Below are positions 53,958-56,227 of a DNA stretch of 56,227 bases, one piece after another (the first letter of the stretch is position 1; each line of letters starts with the position of its first letter). The notes under the pieces are model-generated. The model saw only the letters and a program-made list of their open reading frames with translations. It was not told where the DNA came from and did not search any database. The stretch is from assembly GCA_039683575.1 (NCBI GenBank), contig JBDKRC010000062.1:1-56227 (forward strand), given 5' to 3'. Source of the DNA: Armatimonadia bacterium (GTDB taxonomy: Bacteria > Armatimonadota > Zipacnadia > Zipacnadales > UBA11051). The translations under genes were made by a program, and so were the position numbers.

Positions 53958-56227
53958 CTATCCCCAGACCAGCCTCAAGTCGTAGCTCGCCCCGTCCTGG
54001 CATATGATCTCAACCACTGTCTCCGCCGCACTTGTGGACACGATGCGCACATTCTCCCTTACCTGCGGCAGGGGCCACGCGCAGACGCTTCCCGTCGCCT
54101 CTGCTACGCGCCACACGCCGCGGAGCGTCACACGGAGCGGTCGCGGTTGGTTGACCCCTTTGTCGAGGTTCAGATCAGGGTCGGCCACGCTCAGAGCCAG
54201 CTTTCCATCCCGCACTGCCTCCTGCATGATCAGACACGGGCGGTCAACTGCTTTGACCTGAAGCGTTTCAGGAGCGACCGCATGCGCGGTAACCTCCTGC
54301 GGCACGAAGAAAGCACAGCTCCAGCGGCTGCCTGCAGTGTCCCAGACGATATGCGCCGCCTGGTCGCGCTGCAGCACACGGTACGGCGGCGTGGCCACCA
54401 ACTTCCCCATCTCCGCTGGAGTCGCCTGGACCACGGCCATGTACTCATAGTTCGCGCCCGAGGGTGCCTTGCCGTGGTCAATCCAGGCGGTCAGGAAGTC
54501 CCCCTCGGTGTCCCTCGCATTGGCATACTCGCGGCTCTTCTGATGCCGCCGCGCCACGGTCACCTTCTGCCCCGCGGGCAGATAGTAGCCGGTCTGCTGC
54601 ACATCCACAAACCAGTGCGACTTGGCCTGATCGAGGTTCCGGTCTTCCGGAAGAGCCGAGAAGTCAGCCCCGTCGAGCACAGTCGGCAAGAACGCGCCCT
54701 TCTCGTCCCTGGGCAGGCTCTTCTGGCACAGGGTGGTCTGAGTCGGGTACTCCGCCTCGTTACAGGAGATATCCGATCCGAGGCAGATGATGCGGTTGTC
54801 GCTGAAGAACCAACTCTTCCTCCCCGTCAGGGTCTTCTTGCCAGGCATAGCCTGGTTGACCGCCATGGCGTAGATTCCCTGGCGGCCCTGATGGGAGAGC
54901 CCGCCGACGAACGTCTCGGGCGAGTACGTGGTCGTCACTTCCCCGGCGATCTTGTCCAGCGGCAACTCGGGAGCAGTCGTGCCCTCATGGTGCCGCCAGT
55001 CCCAGCCGAACGCGTTCCGGCCGCTGGCGTTGGCGCTTACCGGCGTCCCACCGGCGAGTATCTCCAGGCTGCCGAGGCTCTGAAACAGGCCGAAGCAGTT
55101 CACATTGTCGTCCCTCTCACTTCCCCACAGGTATTTGCTCTGGCCATGGACGCAGGCCAGCCAGTTGTCGCGGCGATGGCACAGGAGAGCAGCGTACGGC
55201 ATCACGAACGTGCCATTCGGATCGGGCTCAGGCTTGATCCCGAGGCTCCGGTACGGCTCCTGATTGACCGCCTCCGGCACCAGCCGCAGATACGCGGCGG
55301 CCACCTCCCGGTCAATCGTCTGCTTCCCATCGGGTGTTCCGCAGCGCGCCAGAACGTCCAACCCTTGCGGGGCGATGCGGTCGCCGCCCTTGATGTAGAA
55401 ATCTGAGCTGAAGGGCCGCCGCCCGCTGAGCGAGAGCGGCAGGTCGAGCTGGTTGCAGTAGAGGCGCTGGGCGAGCATCGCCCGGCGGAAACGCTCATGC
55501 GCTTCCGGGCCCAGCCGCCACGGCGTGTCGCTCAGTTGCTGCAGCAACCCGGGCAACGTCCCGAAGGCGTTTCTGGCATAGGCGAAGTAGTGGACGCCAT
55601 GGTGGTAGGCGGAGCCGTCAACCTTCAGGGCGCTTGTCGGCTGCAGCATTGACCGCTCCAGCATGGTCTTGAAGGCGTTCAGCCAGCGCACCTGCTCGGC
55701 GGGCTCAACCTGGACCAGACATGAGCGCAGGATGGGGGACACGTAGAGGTGGTAGTAGTCCATGTGCGAGGGCGGGGGAGTATCGGCGAAGACCGCGTCG
55801 CCGCCATAGTTCCAGAGCATGTAGTCGCACTGACGGTCCAGCCGCCCCGCCTGCGCCAGCACGTCGCGCATCATGAACACGGCATTGGCCCAGGGCTCGC
55901 CGACCCACCAGTTCCAGTGGAAGCCTGCCCCGGCTTGCATCCCCTGGTCATACAGGTAGTCCTCGATGAGCAGGAAGGCATCGGCCAGACGGCGGCGCTG
56001 CTCAGGGTCGCGGCTGGCCCGGTAGGCGCTGGCGACCTGATAGCCCAGCGACGTCATCGCCGAGGGAATCTGCATGCCGAGCCACCCCGGCCCGTTATCA
56101 TCTGACCAGTAGGTGCTCTCTTTGGCCCCATGCTCTCCCACCCGGCCGCAGTACTGGTAGTGCCTGTCAATGCTCGGCCCACCGCGGAAGCCATGCTCGT
56201 CCCGCACAATCCCCAGCGCCGCCACTT
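53958..56227 (-). CDS. PL8 chondroitinase ABC-like polysaccharide lyase, 5'-truncated by window edge
   Basis: DGSAYHHGVHYFAYA, SLSGR, WGSE, GWDW..EGTT, KSWFFSDNRIICLGSDI, AWIDHG, LSVADPDLN. Confidence 0.85.
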   Translation of the reverse strand, partial: VAALGIVRDEHGFRGGPSIDRHYQYCGRVGEHGAKESTYWSDDNGPGWLGMQIPSAMTSLGYQVASAYRASRDPEQRRRLADAFLLIEDYLYDQGMQAGAGFHWNWWVGEPWANAVFMMRDVLAQAGRLDRQCDYMLWNYGGDAVFADTPPPSHMDYYHLYVSPILRSCLVQVEPAEQVRWLNAFKTMLERSMLQPTSALKVDGSAYHHGVHYFAYARNAFGTLPGLLQQLSDTPWRLGPEAHERFRRAMLAQRLYCNQLDLPLSLSGRRPFSSDFYIKGGDRIAPQGLDVLARCGTPDGKQTIDREVAAAYLRLVPEAVNQEPYRSLGIKPEPDPNGTFVMPYAALLCHRRDNWLACVHGQSKYLWGSERDDNVNCFGLFQSLGSLEILAGGTPVSANASGRNAFGWDWRHHEGTTAPELPLDKIAGEVTTTYSPETFVGGLSHQGRQGIYAMAVNQAMPGKKTLTGRKSWFFSDNRIICLGSDISCNEAEYPTQTTLCQKSLPRDEKGAFLPTVLDGADFSALPEDRNLDQAKSHWFVDVQQTGYYLPAGQKVTVARRHQKSREYANARDTEGDFLTAWIDHGKAPSGANYEYMAVVQATPAEMGKLVATPPYRVLQRDQAAHIVWDTAGSRWSCAFFVPQEVTAHAVAPETLQVKAVDRPCLIMQEAVRDGKLALSVADPDLNLDKGVNQPRPLRVTLRGVWRVAEATGSVCAWPLPQVRENVRIVSTSAAETVVEIICQDGASYDLRLVWG

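Overview
A GC-rich bacterial chromosomal window with about 40 genes. Its Firmicutes-like housekeeping synteny combined with many large secreted glycan-active proteins suggests Armatimonadota or a similar Terrabacteria lineage; this is inference only. 1-10.2 kb is a housekeeping run: nadD, two tandem LCP genes, rsfS, a TPR membrane protein, recG, rsmD, coaD, a coiled-coil protein and ackA, interspersed with GTAG-type REP/REPIN palindromes. 10.3-30.2 kb is a co-directional glycan-catabolism block: heparinase II/III-like lyase, GH20, an unclassified GH-like TIM barrel, a beta-propeller, an amidohydrolase, GH29 fucosidase, a beta-helix/CBM9-like protein, a ceramidase-like hydrolase, a metallophosphoesterase, an FG-GAP protein and pgeF. 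An S24/S26 peptidase follows on the plus strand at 30.4-31.0 kb. 30.9-45 kb lies on the minus strand: FAD oxidoreductase, rel, a baeRF/Balon-like factor, a P-type ATPase, a sulfatase-fold enzyme, a GRP transporter, a second heparinase II/III-like protein and a GT2. 45-56 kb holds a HigB-like toxin plus HTH-ImmA/IrrE antitoxin with its operator, an SDR, a ferredoxin, a Gfo/Idh/MocA enzyme, two equal-length Asp-box paralogues flanking a deacetylase-like gene, and a partial PL8 chondroitinase-like lyase. No tRNA, rRNA, CRISPR array, integrase or transposase was recognised. Best leads: (1) a recurrent G[AC]AGG-N18-GGAA upstream motif suggesting an alternative-sigma regulon; (2) an in-frame TAG exactly where the paralogue has TGG; (3) a sulfatase-fold enzyme with Thr at the nucleophile position; (4) REPs showing compensatory substitutions; (5) a shared Cys/His knuckle in both heparinase II/III-like proteins. 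All calls come from reading motifs by eye, with no database searches.
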